DNA from: Deltaproteobacteria bacterium UBA5799 | GTDB taxonomy: Bacteria; Desulfobacterota; GWC2-55-46 | NCBI GenBank assembly: GCA_002418185.1 | Contig: DIDN01000022.1 | Coordinates: 1-63,393 of the forward strand | DNA: 63,393 nt | Direction of reading: 5' to 3' | Shown here: piece by piece, positions 1-8,240 of the stretch | Numbering within the stretch: position 1 is the first letter of the stretch | Layout of the letters: every line of letters begins with the position of its first letter | Translations under genes and position numbers: made by a program | Notes under the pieces: generated by a model | Told to the model about the DNA's origin: nothing | Databases searched by the model: none | The model's input: only the letters and a program-made list of their open reading frames with translations

Positions 1-27
1 CATCGGAAAGACTGGAAAGCCCGACTC

Positions 28-47
28 TTTGTCATTCTGAGTGCTAA
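28..47 (-). repeat. partial inverted copy of a REP-like intergenic repeat (core CTCAGAATGACA)
   Basis: tttgtcattctgagtgctaa read on the other strand gives GCACTCAGAATGACAAA. This matches the core of the ~32-nt repeats at 44576-44607 and 46014-46046. Confidence 0.4.
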
Positions 48-90
48 ACGACCCAAACCAAAGAGAGGGAACTGCCGATTTCAGGAAAGG

Positions 91-1059
91 TCAGCGCCCT
101 GAACTCCCTTTAAGCCCGGCGATCTCCCTCTCCGTAAGGTGCCTCCATTCGCCGGGCTTCAAGGCCCCCAGCTTAAGGCCCGCGAACTCTATCCTCTTGA
201 GTTTCTGCACAGGGTGGCCTATGGCCTGGCACATCCTCTTTACCAGGTGGTTCCTGCCCTCGAACACGGTAAGCTCTATCCACGAGTTCAGGCGGGTGGC
301 CCTCACGAACTTCACTTTTGCCGGAAGGGTCTTCCCGTCCTCGAGGTGGACGCCGGTTTCGAGCTTCTTAAGCTTCTCCTTTGCCGGGACGTCGCTTACC
401 TTAATGAGGTAGGTTTTCGGGACCTGGAAGGTCGGGTGTATGAGCTTATTCGAGAAGTCGCCGTCGTTCGTAAGAAGGAGCACGCCTTCGGCGTCGTAGT
501 CGAGCCTCCCCACGGGATAGACCCTCGCCTTTACTGCCGATACCAGTTGCGTCACAACAGGCCTTCCGGCCTCGTCGGATACCGAGCTTATGAAGCCCTT
601 GGGCTTGTAGAGAAGTACGTATACCCTGGGCCCGCCGTATCTGACCCTCTTTCCGTCTACATCTATCCTGTCTTTTGCGGGGTCTGCCTTTGCGCCGAGC
701 TCAGTTATTGCCCTCCCGTTCACCCTCACCCGGCCCTCGGTTATCATCTCCTCGGCCTTCCTCCGCGAGGTTATCCCCGCCGCCGCTATTATCTTCTGGA
801 GCCTCTCCAGCCGCGGCTCCTCTGGAAGCGATATCCTCTTCGGCCTCTTCCCAGCCGCCCCCTTCGCCGTCGGAGTCGAGGGCTTCCGCCCCCTCTTCAA
901 GCCCGGCGACTCCGGCCTCTTCGCCTTCTGGGGCCTCTCCGTCCCGGTCCGGCCCGCTTCCCTGGTGCTTTTCCCCTTCTGCGCCTTCGGGGCCTCCTTC
1001 CGCCCTGACCGGCCCCTCGGCTCCGTCTTCCTCGGTTCCCTGCCCTTCTTCCCGGGCAT
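91..1059 (-). CDS. rluB: 23S rRNA pseudouridine synthase, RluB/RsuA family, with S4 domain and Lys/Arg-rich N-terminal extension
   Basis: ORF 91..1158. S4 motif LERLQKIIAAAGITSRRKAEEMI and catalytic GRLDYDAEGVLLLTNDG. Start uncertain: ATG 1158, ATG 1059 (used here) or TTG 900. Confidence 0.85.
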   Translation of the reverse strand: MPGKKGREPRKTEPRGRSGRKEAPKAQKGKSTREAGRTGTERPQKAKRPESPGLKRGRKPSTPTAKGAAGKRPKRISLPEEPRLERLQKIIAAAGITSRRKAEEMITEGRVRVNGRAITELGAKADPAKDRIDVDGKRVRYGGPRVYVLLYKPKGFISSVSDEAGRPVVTQLVSAVKARVYPVGRLDYDAEGVLLLTNDGDFSNKLIHPTFQVPKTYLIKVSDVPAKEKLKKLETGVHLEDGKTLPAKVKFVRATRLNSWIELTVFEGRNHLVKRMCQAIGHPVQKLKRIEFAGLKLGALKPGEWRHLTEREIAGLKGSSGR

Positions 1060-1591
1060 ATTCTTCCTCCATTTTCTTAAGGTCCTTGAGGCTCGGCAGG
1101 CACGAGAGGTCCTTGAGCTCGAAGGTCTCCAGGAACTCCTTCGTGGTCCCGTAGACAACTGGCCTGCCCGGCGCCTCTTTACGGCCCACTATCTTTATAA
1201 ACCTCTTTTCCATGAGGGTGGCGAGCACGCCGCCAGAGTCCACCCCGCGTACGGCCTCGATATCGCCCCTTGTTACCGGCTGCCTGTAAGCCACGACCGC
1301 GAGCGTCTCCATTGCCGCCTTGCTTATCTTCTGAAGGCCGATCTTGAAGAACCTCCTGAGAAACGGCGCGAACTCCGGGTTAGTCCTGAACTGGTAGCCG
1401 TTCGCCACTTCTTCTATGAAGAAGCCTCCCCCTCTTGTCCTGTAGTCCTCTATCAACTCGTTCAGGGCTGCCCTGACGACCGCCTTGTCCTCGCCTTCGA
1501 GCACCCCTGCGATCCTCTCGAAGCTTATGGCGTTTTCGGCTGAGAATATGAGCGATTCGATGACCGGCTTGATGCTATCTTTGTCCAGCAT
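701..1591 (-). CDS. scpB: segregation and condensation protein B with ~115-aa Glu/Gly-rich C-terminal tail
   Basis: ESLIFSAE, GYQFRT and YRQPVTRGDIEAVRGV motifs. Directly follows scpA. The tail overlaps the rluB frame. Confidence 0.9.
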   Translation of the reverse strand: MLDKDSIKPVIESLIFSAENAISFERIAGVLEGEDKAVVRAALNELIEDYRTRGGGFFIEEVANGYQFRTNPEFAPFLRRFFKIGLQKISKAAMETLAVVAYRQPVTRGDIEAVRGVDSGGVLATLMEKRFIKIVGRKEAPGRPVVYGTTKEFLETFELKDLSCLPSLKDLKKMEEEYAREEGQGTEEDGAEGPVRAEGGPEGAEGEKHQGSGPDRDGEAPEGEEAGVAGLEEGAEALDSDGEGGGWEEAEEDIASRGAAAGEAPEDNSGGGDNLAEEGRGDDNRGPGEGEREGNN

Positions 1592-1596
1592 AGGCC

Positions 1597-2403
1597 CTAC
1601 TCTTCCTTGTTTTCGTTTTCTCCGGCTTCTCTCGTGTCGTTTTCCGCGTCGGCGGCAGCGCCCTCTCCGCCTTCCTCTTTCCTCTCCTCGGGCATGTAGA
1701 CCCTTATGACCCCGTCATCGGTCTGGTGCACCCGTATCATGAGGAGCTTCGCGAGCTCGAGGACCGCGAGGAATGTCACCACCACCTCGCCCCTGGTCGC
1801 GCCCCCGGGGAAGAGGGAGACGAATGTCGCGCTCTTCTCCCTTCCGAGAAACTCCATGATGTCGTTTATCTTGTCGGCTATCCTGAAGCGCTCGGAGGTG
1901 AGCTCGACCGTCCTTTCCCTGGGCGCGCGAGCGAGCACTCCCTTTATGGCCTCCATGAGGTCGAAGACCGAGACGTTCACGAACCCGACGCCTTCCTCGA
2001 GCTCTCCGAGCTCTACATCCGCGCCCCGCGCGAATACGTCCCTTCCGAGGAGGTTCCTCTCGGAAAGCTCCCTTGCCGCCTCCTTATACCTCTGGTATTC
2101 GAGGAGCCTCCTTACGAGCTCTTCCCTCGGGTCGCCGCCTTCCTCCTCCTCGGGCTTGGCCTCCTCGTCCACGGGGAGGAGCATCCTGCTCTTTATATGG
2201 ACCAATGTCGCGGCCATGACCAGGAACTCGCCCGCGAAATCGAGGTTCATCTCCTTCATCATCTCGATGTATTCAAGATACTGCTCGGTTATGGAGGCGA
2301 CAGGGATATCGTAGACGTCCACCTCGCTCTTCTTTATGAGGTGAAGCAGGAGGTCGAGCGGCCCCTCGAATATGTCGAGCTTTATGTTGTACGTCTGGGA
2401 CAT
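1597..2403 (-). CDS. scpA: segregation and condensation protein A
   Basis: N-terminal FEGPLDLLLHLIKK..VDVYDIPVASITEQYLEYI signature. Gap of 5 nt to scpB. Confidence 0.92.
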   Translation of the reverse strand: MSQTYNIKLDIFEGPLDLLLHLIKKSEVDVYDIPVASITEQYLEYIEMMKEMNLDFAGEFLVMAATLVHIKSRMLLPVDEEAKPEEEEGGDPREELVRRLLEYQRYKEAARELSERNLLGRDVFARGADVELGELEEGVGFVNVSVFDLMEAIKGVLARAPRERTVELTSERFRIADKINDIMEFLGREKSATFVSLFPGGATRGEVVVTFLAVLELAKLLMIRVHQTDDGVIRVYMPEERKEEGGEGAAADAENDTREAGENENKEE

Positions 2404-2408
2404 GGGGT

Positions 2409-3395
2409 CTACGAGAGGCCCATGGCGGACCTGACCTCCTTCATGGTCTCTGCGGCGACTGGAGCGGCCTTCTCGAAGCCCTTATCGAGTATGCCTTTTA
2501 CCCTCTCGGGGTCTGCGGCAAGATCTTTCCGCCTCTTCTGGATGGGCTCGAGCATGGCAAGCACCCTCGGGATGACCGAGCGCTTGCATTCTATGCAGCC
2601 AATGAGGGCCTTTGTGCAGCCCTCCCTCACCCAGCTTATGGTCTTCTCGTCCGAGTAGAGGTTATGGAAGGTGATGAAGAGCGGGCACAGGTCCGGGTTG
2701 CCCGCATCGGTCCTTTTTTTACGGGCCGTGTCTGTCATCATGGTGAGTATCTTCTTTTCCACCTCGCCGGGCTCGTCCGAAAGGAATATCGCGTTATTGT
2801 AGGACTTGCTCATCTTCCGTCCGTCGGTCCCGAGGACCTTTGGTATGGCGGTAAGGAGCGTCTCCGGCTCCGGGAAGACCTGTCCGTAGAAGTGGTTGAA
2901 GCGCCTGGTTATCTCCCTTGAAAGCTCCACGTGGGGGGCCTGGTCTATGCCCACCGGGACCTTGTTTGCCTTGTATACTATTATGTCGGCGGTCTGGAGG
3001 ACCGGGTAGCCCAGGAAGCCGTAGGTGTGGAGGTCCTTGTCCTTTATCTCCTGGAGCTGCTCCTTGTAGGTCGGGTTTCGCTCAAGCCAGGGTAGCGGCG
3101 TTATCATCGAGAGGAGGACCAAAAGCTCCGCGTGCTCCTTTATGGAAGACTGCCTGAAGACGACGGCCCTTTCCGGGTCTATGCCCACCGAGAGCCAGTC
3201 GAGGACCATCTCCCTCACGTTCTCCTTTATCCCCGAGGGGTTCGCGTAGTCGGTCGTGAGCGCGTGCCAGTCGGCCACGAAGAAAAAGCACTCGTGCTCC
3301 TCCTGGAGCCTGAGCCAGTTTGCCAGAACCCCGTGGTAATGGCCGAAATGGAGCTTTCCGGTCGGCCTCATCCCGCTCAGCACCCGCTGCGGCAT
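2409..3395 (-). CDS. trpS: tryptophan--tRNA ligase
   Basis: Class I signature GKLHFGHYHG and KMSKS. 328 aa. Confidence 0.95.
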   Translation of the reverse strand: MPQRVLSGMRPTGKLHFGHYHGVLANWLRLQEEHECFFFVADWHALTTDYANPSGIKENVREMVLDWLSVGIDPERAVVFRQSSIKEHAELLVLLSMITPLPWLERNPTYKEQLQEIKDKDLHTYGFLGYPVLQTADIIVYKANKVPVGIDQAPHVELSREITRRFNHFYGQVFPEPETLLTAIPKVLGTDGRKMSKSYNNAIFLSDEPGEVEKKILTMMTDTARKKRTDAGNPDLCPLFITFHNLYSDEKTISWVREGCTKALIGCIECKRSVIPRVLAMLEPIQKRRKDLAADPERVKGILDKGFEKAAPVAAETMKEVRSAMGLS

Positions 3396-3396
3396 G

Positions 3397-4038
3397 TCAG
3401 TATATACCTCCCATGAGTAAGCCTACCATGACGAAAATGACAGGCGAGATGAACTTGTGAAGGGCCCCGCTGACTATGAGAAGAAGCAGCACGAAAAAGC
3501 CGTACTGCTCGAACTTGGCCCAGGCAAAGGCCTGGCTCGGGGGCAGGAGGTTTCCCAGCACCTTGCTCCCGTCAAGCGGCGGAACGGGTATCATGTTGAA
3601 GACGGCCAGGGCCACGTTTATCCGTATGCTCAGCTCCAGCATGGCAAAAAGAGGCCAGACCAAGCCGGGAATGGAGCCCAGAAGAAAAGGGCCCGTCATG
3701 ATGAGCATCTTGTAGACCAGGGCCGACAGGGCCGCAAGGAAGAGGTTGGACAGGGGCCCTGCGACCGAGACCATTATTGTATCACGCGAGATATTGCGGA
3801 AATTACGGGGGTTTATGGGTACGGGCTTGGCCCAGCCGAAGAGGCCGGAGAAAAAGAGCATTATCGTCCCGATGGGGTCCAGGTGCTTTATGGGGTTGAA
3901 AGTGACCCTGCCGAGCATCTTGGCCGTGGGGTCGCCGAGACGGTTCGCTACCCAGGCGTGGGCGCACTCGTGCACCGTGAGCGCCAGCAGGACCGGCGGC
4001 ACCAAGAGAAGCATCCTTTGCAGAAATTCCTGAACCAT
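3397..4038 (-). CDS. site-2 protease (M50) family membrane metalloprotease
   Basis: HEXXH (HECAHAW) inside a multi-pass hydrophobic 213-aa protein. 1-nt gap to trpS. Confidence 0.8.
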   Translation of the reverse strand: MVQEFLQRMLLLVPPVLLALTVHECAHAWVANRLGDPTAKMLGRVTFNPIKHLDPIGTIMLFFSGLFGWAKPVPINPRNFRNISRDTIMVSVAGPLSNLFLAALSALVYKMLIMTGPFLLGSIPGLVWPLFAMLELSIRINVALAVFNMIPVPPLDGSKVLGNLLPPSQAFAWAKFEQYGFFVLLLLIVSGALHKFISPVIFVMVGLLMGGIY

Positions 4039-4157
4039 GCGAAATCCTTGATTTTGCCCGTAATTTTAAATTTTAACAGATGAACGAGAGACGGGTCAAT
4101 GCAAATAATTGCGGAGGGATGCCCGGCAATGGAAGCTCGCCCGTGCGCAAGGCCCGG

Positions 4158-6788
4158 CTACGCGCGCCTTCGGGCGCGGACGCGCCCCTTTTTAATGATG
4201 GATTTGACCAGCCGCTCCTCGTCTTCCCTTGTGGCCGTCTCGCCGTCTATGCGCTTTTTAAGGAGCGTCCTCAATACCTCTCCCATGAGAGGCCCTTCGG
4301 CTATGCCAAGCGTCTTCAGGTCCCCGCCCCTCAATTCAGGCCTTACGTGCCTGAGCGTCTTTATGTAGGCAGAGAGCGCCTTCCGGGCCGGCTCCTTCCC
4401 GGCCTTTGCCATGAGGTAGAGGATAAGCTCAAGCGGCAGCGGCGCGAGCAGCTCGTAGATGTCGCTGCCCTTCTTCACGGCGCCGGCCTGGAGCTTGCCG
4501 AGGGCCTTCCTGGCCTCTTCCCTCCTGCCGAGCACATCGAGCCTCTTTTTCCCGGATATCCCGAGCCTTGCCATGAGGGAGGCGATCTCCTTTTCCTTCA
4601 GCCTGTCGGTAAGGGCAAGGAAGAGTACCAGCCAGGGCTCCACGCTGTCCTTCTCGTAGAGGAGCTCGTGCCAGGCGAGGGCCTCCTTGCCGCGCCTGAA
4701 GAGTTTCTCGGACTCCCTGTCCCATACTATCGACGGGTGTATGAGCTTCAGAAGGCCCAGGTCCGAAAGCCTCTTGAGCGCCTTTCCCGATGTCTCCTCC
4801 TCGAGTATGTTCTTTAGCTCATCGGCTATCCTCGGCCCTGATACGGTAGAGAAGCCGTCGAGCTTTACCGAGTTCTTTATGAGGTTGAGCGTGTGCTTCC
4901 CGATGCTGAAATCGAACTTCTCCGCGAACCTCACGGCCCTGAGCATCCTGGTCGGGTCTTCTACGAAGCTCAGGTTGTGGAGCACCCTTATCGTCCTCTC
5001 CTTGAGGTCCTTCTGCGCGCCGAAGAAGTCTATGAGCTCGCCGAACCTGCCGGGGTTCAAGGATATGGAAAGGGTGTTCAATATGAAGTCCCGCCTGTAA
5101 AGGTCGAGCTTCAGGGACGACTGTTCGACTGTCGGGAGCGCGCCCGGCCTCTCGTAATACTCGAGCCTCGCGGTCGCAACGTCGAGCTTGTAGCCGTCCG
5201 GGAATACCAGCACGGCTGTCTTGAACCTGTGGTGCGGCCTTATCGAGGCGCCTCGCCTCCTGGCCAGGTCCTCTGCGAAGACTATCCCGTTCCCGCCCTC
5301 TATGACGATGTCTATGTCCAGGTTCTCCCGTCTCATTATGAGGTCGCGGACGAACCCGCCCACAACGTAGGCCTTCATGCCCCTTTCCTCCGCGACCTCG
5401 CCCGCCTCCCTCAGCAGGTCCATTGCCCAGCTCGGGAGCCTTTCCTTCATGAGCCCTGAGACGACGCGCACCTTCCTTGTCTCGTCGCGGGCGCCGCGCT
5501 CAAGCTCCTCCTGGAGGAGCTTGAGGAGGTCTGTCCGGGTGATTACGCCCACGATCTTTTTGTCCCTCAGGACCGGGAGAAGCCTCTGCCCGTGGCCAAC
5601 GACCTTCTCCCTTATGCTCTCGATGGAGGCGTCATGGCCTACCCAGTCCACATCCGTGGTCATGTAGTCCTTCACGGGCGCGGCCCCGAGGCCGTGGTAG
5701 ACGGCCTTGTCCACGACCTGCCTGGTTATCACCCCCTGCACCGACCCGTTCCTTGCGACGGGCGCGGCGTTAATGCCGTATCTGCGCATGACCTCCATCG
5801 CCTCGTTGAGGGGCGTCCTGGGGGAGAGCGTGATTGGCGGGAAGGACATGATGTCCCCGGCTGTCCTCGCAGGTACTATGTTCGCCCGGACGGCTTCAAG
5901 GAGCATCTCCCTGGCCTGCACGAGGGTCGCCCCCTTCAGGGTGGCGGAGGCCGCGTTCGGATGGCAGCCTCCCCCGAGTGCCTTGAGGATCCTGCCCGCG
6001 TCCGCGCGAGGGTTTCGCGACCGGGCGATCACATGGACCCTGTCCTCGGAATCGACGAGGAGGAAGAGGCACTCCATGTTCTCTATGTCACGTATCTTGT
6101 GCGCGAGCACCGCGATGTCGCCCTTGTACTTCTCGAGATAGGCCTCGGCCACTACGACCTCGACCCCGCCGAAGGAATACCTGGCCTGGGACTGCAGGAA
6201 CTCGTTCAGGAGCGAGACCTCCTCCGGGGTAAGCTCTCTCCTGAGGAGGTCGGAAACGGCCTTCAGGTCGGCCCCAGATGAGAGGAGGAAGGAGGCGGCG
6301 GCATAGTCCTCGGGCGTGGTGGATGGATAGGAAAGGAACCCTGTGTCCTCGTATATGCCGGCCATCATGATGGTGGCCTCCTCGGGCGACAGCGTTATGC
6401 CGCGCTCCCGGAGGACGTGCGTAAGAAGAGTGGTATTCGACCCGAAGGGGCGCCTGATCTCCAGGCTCCCTTCGATGTCGCCCGGGGCCGCGGGGTGGTG
6501 GTCGTATATGTGTATGTCCACCCCAGGCCTGGTTGCAGCGTCGCCAAACGGGCCTATCCGTGCGCTTGAGCTCACGTCGACCAGGATGAGGCGGCTTATC
6601 CGTCCGATGTCGACGTCCTTTATGCGGCTTACCTCGACTGGCAGGGGCAGCGCGCCGAGCGCGTCCCGGAGCGGCTTCTCTACGGAGCCGGGGAAAGCGA
6701 TGAGCGCCTCAGGGTAGAGCCTTTTCGCCGCGACCATCGACGCAAAGGCGTCGAAGTCGGCGTTCACGTGGGACGTTATTACCTCCAT
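4158..6788 (-). CDS. DHH/DHHA1 phosphoesterase - CBS pair - poly(A) polymerase/tRNA nucleotidyltransferase (CCA-type) fusion protein
   Basis: N-terminal DHH motif (HIYDHHP) and GGGCHPNAASA (DHHA1-like). Two CBS-like repeats. GGFVRDLIMRRENLDIDIVIEG nucleotidyltransferase head. 876 aa. Confidence 0.8.
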   Translation of the reverse strand: MEVITSHVNADFDAFASMVAAKRLYPEALIAFPGSVEKPLRDALGALPLPVEVSRIKDVDIGRISRLILVDVSSSARIGPFGDAATRPGVDIHIYDHHPAAPGDIEGSLEIRRPFGSNTTLLTHVLRERGITLSPEEATIMMAGIYEDTGFLSYPSTTPEDYAAASFLLSSGADLKAVSDLLRRELTPEEVSLLNEFLQSQARYSFGGVEVVVAEAYLEKYKGDIAVLAHKIRDIENMECLFLLVDSEDRVHVIARSRNPRADAGRILKALGGGCHPNAASATLKGATLVQAREMLLEAVRANIVPARTAGDIMSFPPITLSPRTPLNEAMEVMRRYGINAAPVARNGSVQGVITRQVVDKAVYHGLGAAPVKDYMTTDVDWVGHDASIESIREKVVGHGQRLLPVLRDKKIVGVITRTDLLKLLQEELERGARDETRKVRVVSGLMKERLPSWAMDLLREAGEVAEERGMKAYVVGGFVRDLIMRRENLDIDIVIEGGNGIVFAEDLARRRGASIRPHHRFKTAVLVFPDGYKLDVATARLEYYERPGALPTVEQSSLKLDLYRRDFILNTLSISLNPGRFGELIDFFGAQKDLKERTIRVLHNLSFVEDPTRMLRAVRFAEKFDFSIGKHTLNLIKNSVKLDGFSTVSGPRIADELKNILEEETSGKALKRLSDLGLLKLIHPSIVWDRESEKLFRRGKEALAWHELLYEKDSVEPWLVLFLALTDRLKEKEIASLMARLGISGKKRLDVLGRREEARKALGKLQAGAVKKGSDIYELLAPLPLELILYLMAKAGKEPARKALSAYIKTLRHVRPELRGGDLKTLGIAEGPLMGEVLRTLLKKRIDGETATREDEERLVKSIIKKGRVRARRRA

Positions 6789-6823
6789 AACGGCGATATT
6801 AGCATATTTGCAGGGGCCGGTAT

Positions 6824-6856
6824 AAAAAAAGAGGGCAGGCCCCGGGGCCTGCCCTC
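6824..6856 (-). terminator. rho-independent terminator of the cytochrome operon
   Basis: Perfect 13-bp palindrome gagggcaggcccc/ggggcctgccctc. On the minus strand it is followed by a 7-T run (plus-strand A-run 6824-6830). Lies 21 nt after the hexahaem stop. Confidence 0.8.
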
Positions 6857-6876
6857 TCTGTTCGGGTCCGTCCTTG

Positions 6877-7752
6877 TTATTCTTCCGATTCCGCCTCGTC
6901 GTCCGTCTTCTCGCCAGCCTCCCCGTCCGCTTCCCCTTCTTCCTTTCCTTCCTTGTCGGCGTCCGGGTCTTCTATCACCGGAGCGGGCTGGGAGTGGCAC
7001 CTGAAGCAGTCGTTTATGGGGAACGCCACCTTGGTATGGCATACGCCGCAGTACTGCCCGGAGATTATCTTCATCATGTTCATCTCCGGGTTGCCGCCCT
7101 GCTGCTGCTTGAATATGGACTCGTGGCACGAGGTGCAGTCAAGGAGCCTGGTATGCACGTTATGCGGGTACTTGACGTCCGGCGGGCTCGGCTTGAACTT
7201 GGTGGTTGGTATTATTATGTCCATGTCGAACTCGAAGAGCTCGTCGGTGCCGTCCGGGTTTGCCGCGGCCCTTGAAGCGCCCGTCTCCAGGGCCTTCACC
7301 CAGTCGACCTTGTTCCCGAAGTAGTCCTTGGGGTGGTCCTTGAGCCTCTCGGCCATGTTCCTGTCCTGCGGAAGGCCGTACGAATGGCACTTGTCGCACT
7401 CAAAGGGCGCGAAGGCTATGTCGCCGTTATGGCAGGTCCCGCACTGCTTGCCAGCGAATATATCAGCCATGGTTATCTCCGCAGTGCCGGCCTTGAAGCT
7501 GAAGCCCAGGTCCGTGTGGCAGACCTTGCAGGCGAATTTGTTCCTGTGCACCCAATGCGGGAACACCACGGGACGCATGTCTGCATTGCTCGCGTTCCTG
7601 TCCAGGACCACGTTCCCGTACGTCTCCGGGTTCTTGGGCTTTCTCAAGTCCGTCTCCCACGTAACTCCCGCCTGGGCCCATTGATAAACGAAAAACCCGA
7701 CGACGGCCAGGGCCGCCACGGTTGAAATTCCCATTAACTTGATGCTCCGCAC
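6877..7752 (-). CDS. hexahaem c-type cytochrome (two c7/c3-like trihaem modules) with acidic C-terminal tail
   Basis: 6 CXXCH: CKVCH, CGTCH, CDKCH, CTSCH, CGVCH, CFRCH. N-terminal hydrophobic anchor/signal. The pattern FPH..H....C..CH....GK.CG.CHNG occurs twice. Confidence 0.9.
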   Translation of the reverse strand: MRSIKLMGISTVAALAVVGFFVYQWAQAGVTWETDLRKPKNPETYGNVVLDRNASNADMRPVVFPHWVHRNKFACKVCHTDLGFSFKAGTAEITMADIFAGKQCGTCHNGDIAFAPFECDKCHSYGLPQDRNMAERLKDHPKDYFGNKVDWVKALETGASRAAANPDGTDELFEFDMDIIIPTTKFKPSPPDVKYPHNVHTRLLDCTSCHESIFKQQQGGNPEMNMMKIISGQYCGVCHTKVAFPINDCFRCHSQPAPVIEDPDADKEGKEEGEADGEAGEKTDDEAESEE

Positions 7753-7780
7753 TTTGGACCTCCTTTGCTCCCTTACAATC

Positions 7781-8203
7781 TCAATGACCGGTATGGCATG
7801 AAGCGCATAATTTCAGGTACTCTATCCTCAGAAAGCCCGGGTGAACGGACCTGCCGTGAGGGTCGTGGCATGTGTGGCACACCATCTCGCGGTCGTCCGT
7901 CAGGGGCAGCCGGGCCGGGACATCTATGCCCGTCGTCAGCCCCATGGGATGGCGCGTGACCGGGTGGTTCCCGATGTTCCCGTGGTGGCACCTGACGCAG
8001 GTGGTCACGGCGTCCCTGTTAAGGAGCGGCGGCTGCTCGGTGTGGCACATCGAGCAGAGGTCGTCCCTGCCGAAATCATGCGGGTCTACGATGACCGTCT
8101 GCCCGTCCCCCTCTTCCTCGGCTGCCCGGCAGTCCTTTGCAGCCAATACCGCAGCAGCGGCCAGGAGCCCCAGCGCGGTTATCGTGGTCAATAGTATTTT
8201 CAT
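7781..8203 (-). CDS. tetrahaem c-type cytochrome, secreted
   Basis: 4 CXXCH: CSMCH, CVRCH, CHTCH, CASCH. Signal peptide MKILLTTITALGLLAAAAVLAA. Confidence 0.9.
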   Translation of the reverse strand: MKILLTTITALGLLAAAAVLAAKDCRAAEEEGDGQTVIVDPHDFGRDDLCSMCHTEQPPLLNRDAVTTCVRCHHGNIGNHPVTRHPMGLTTGIDVPARLPLTDDREMVCHTCHDPHGRSVHPGFLRIEYLKLCASCHTGH

Positions 8204-8240
8204 AGGCTAAAAACGCGCCGGGCGCCTTCCGCTTGCTTTT

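Noticed and set aside
39-47. GAGTGCTAA, half of a CIRCE (HrcA) operator.
   Set aside because: There is no TTAGCACTC partner 9 nt upstream. The 9-mer is part of the REP-like repeat core, and it lies downstream of rluB, not upstream of a chaperone gene.
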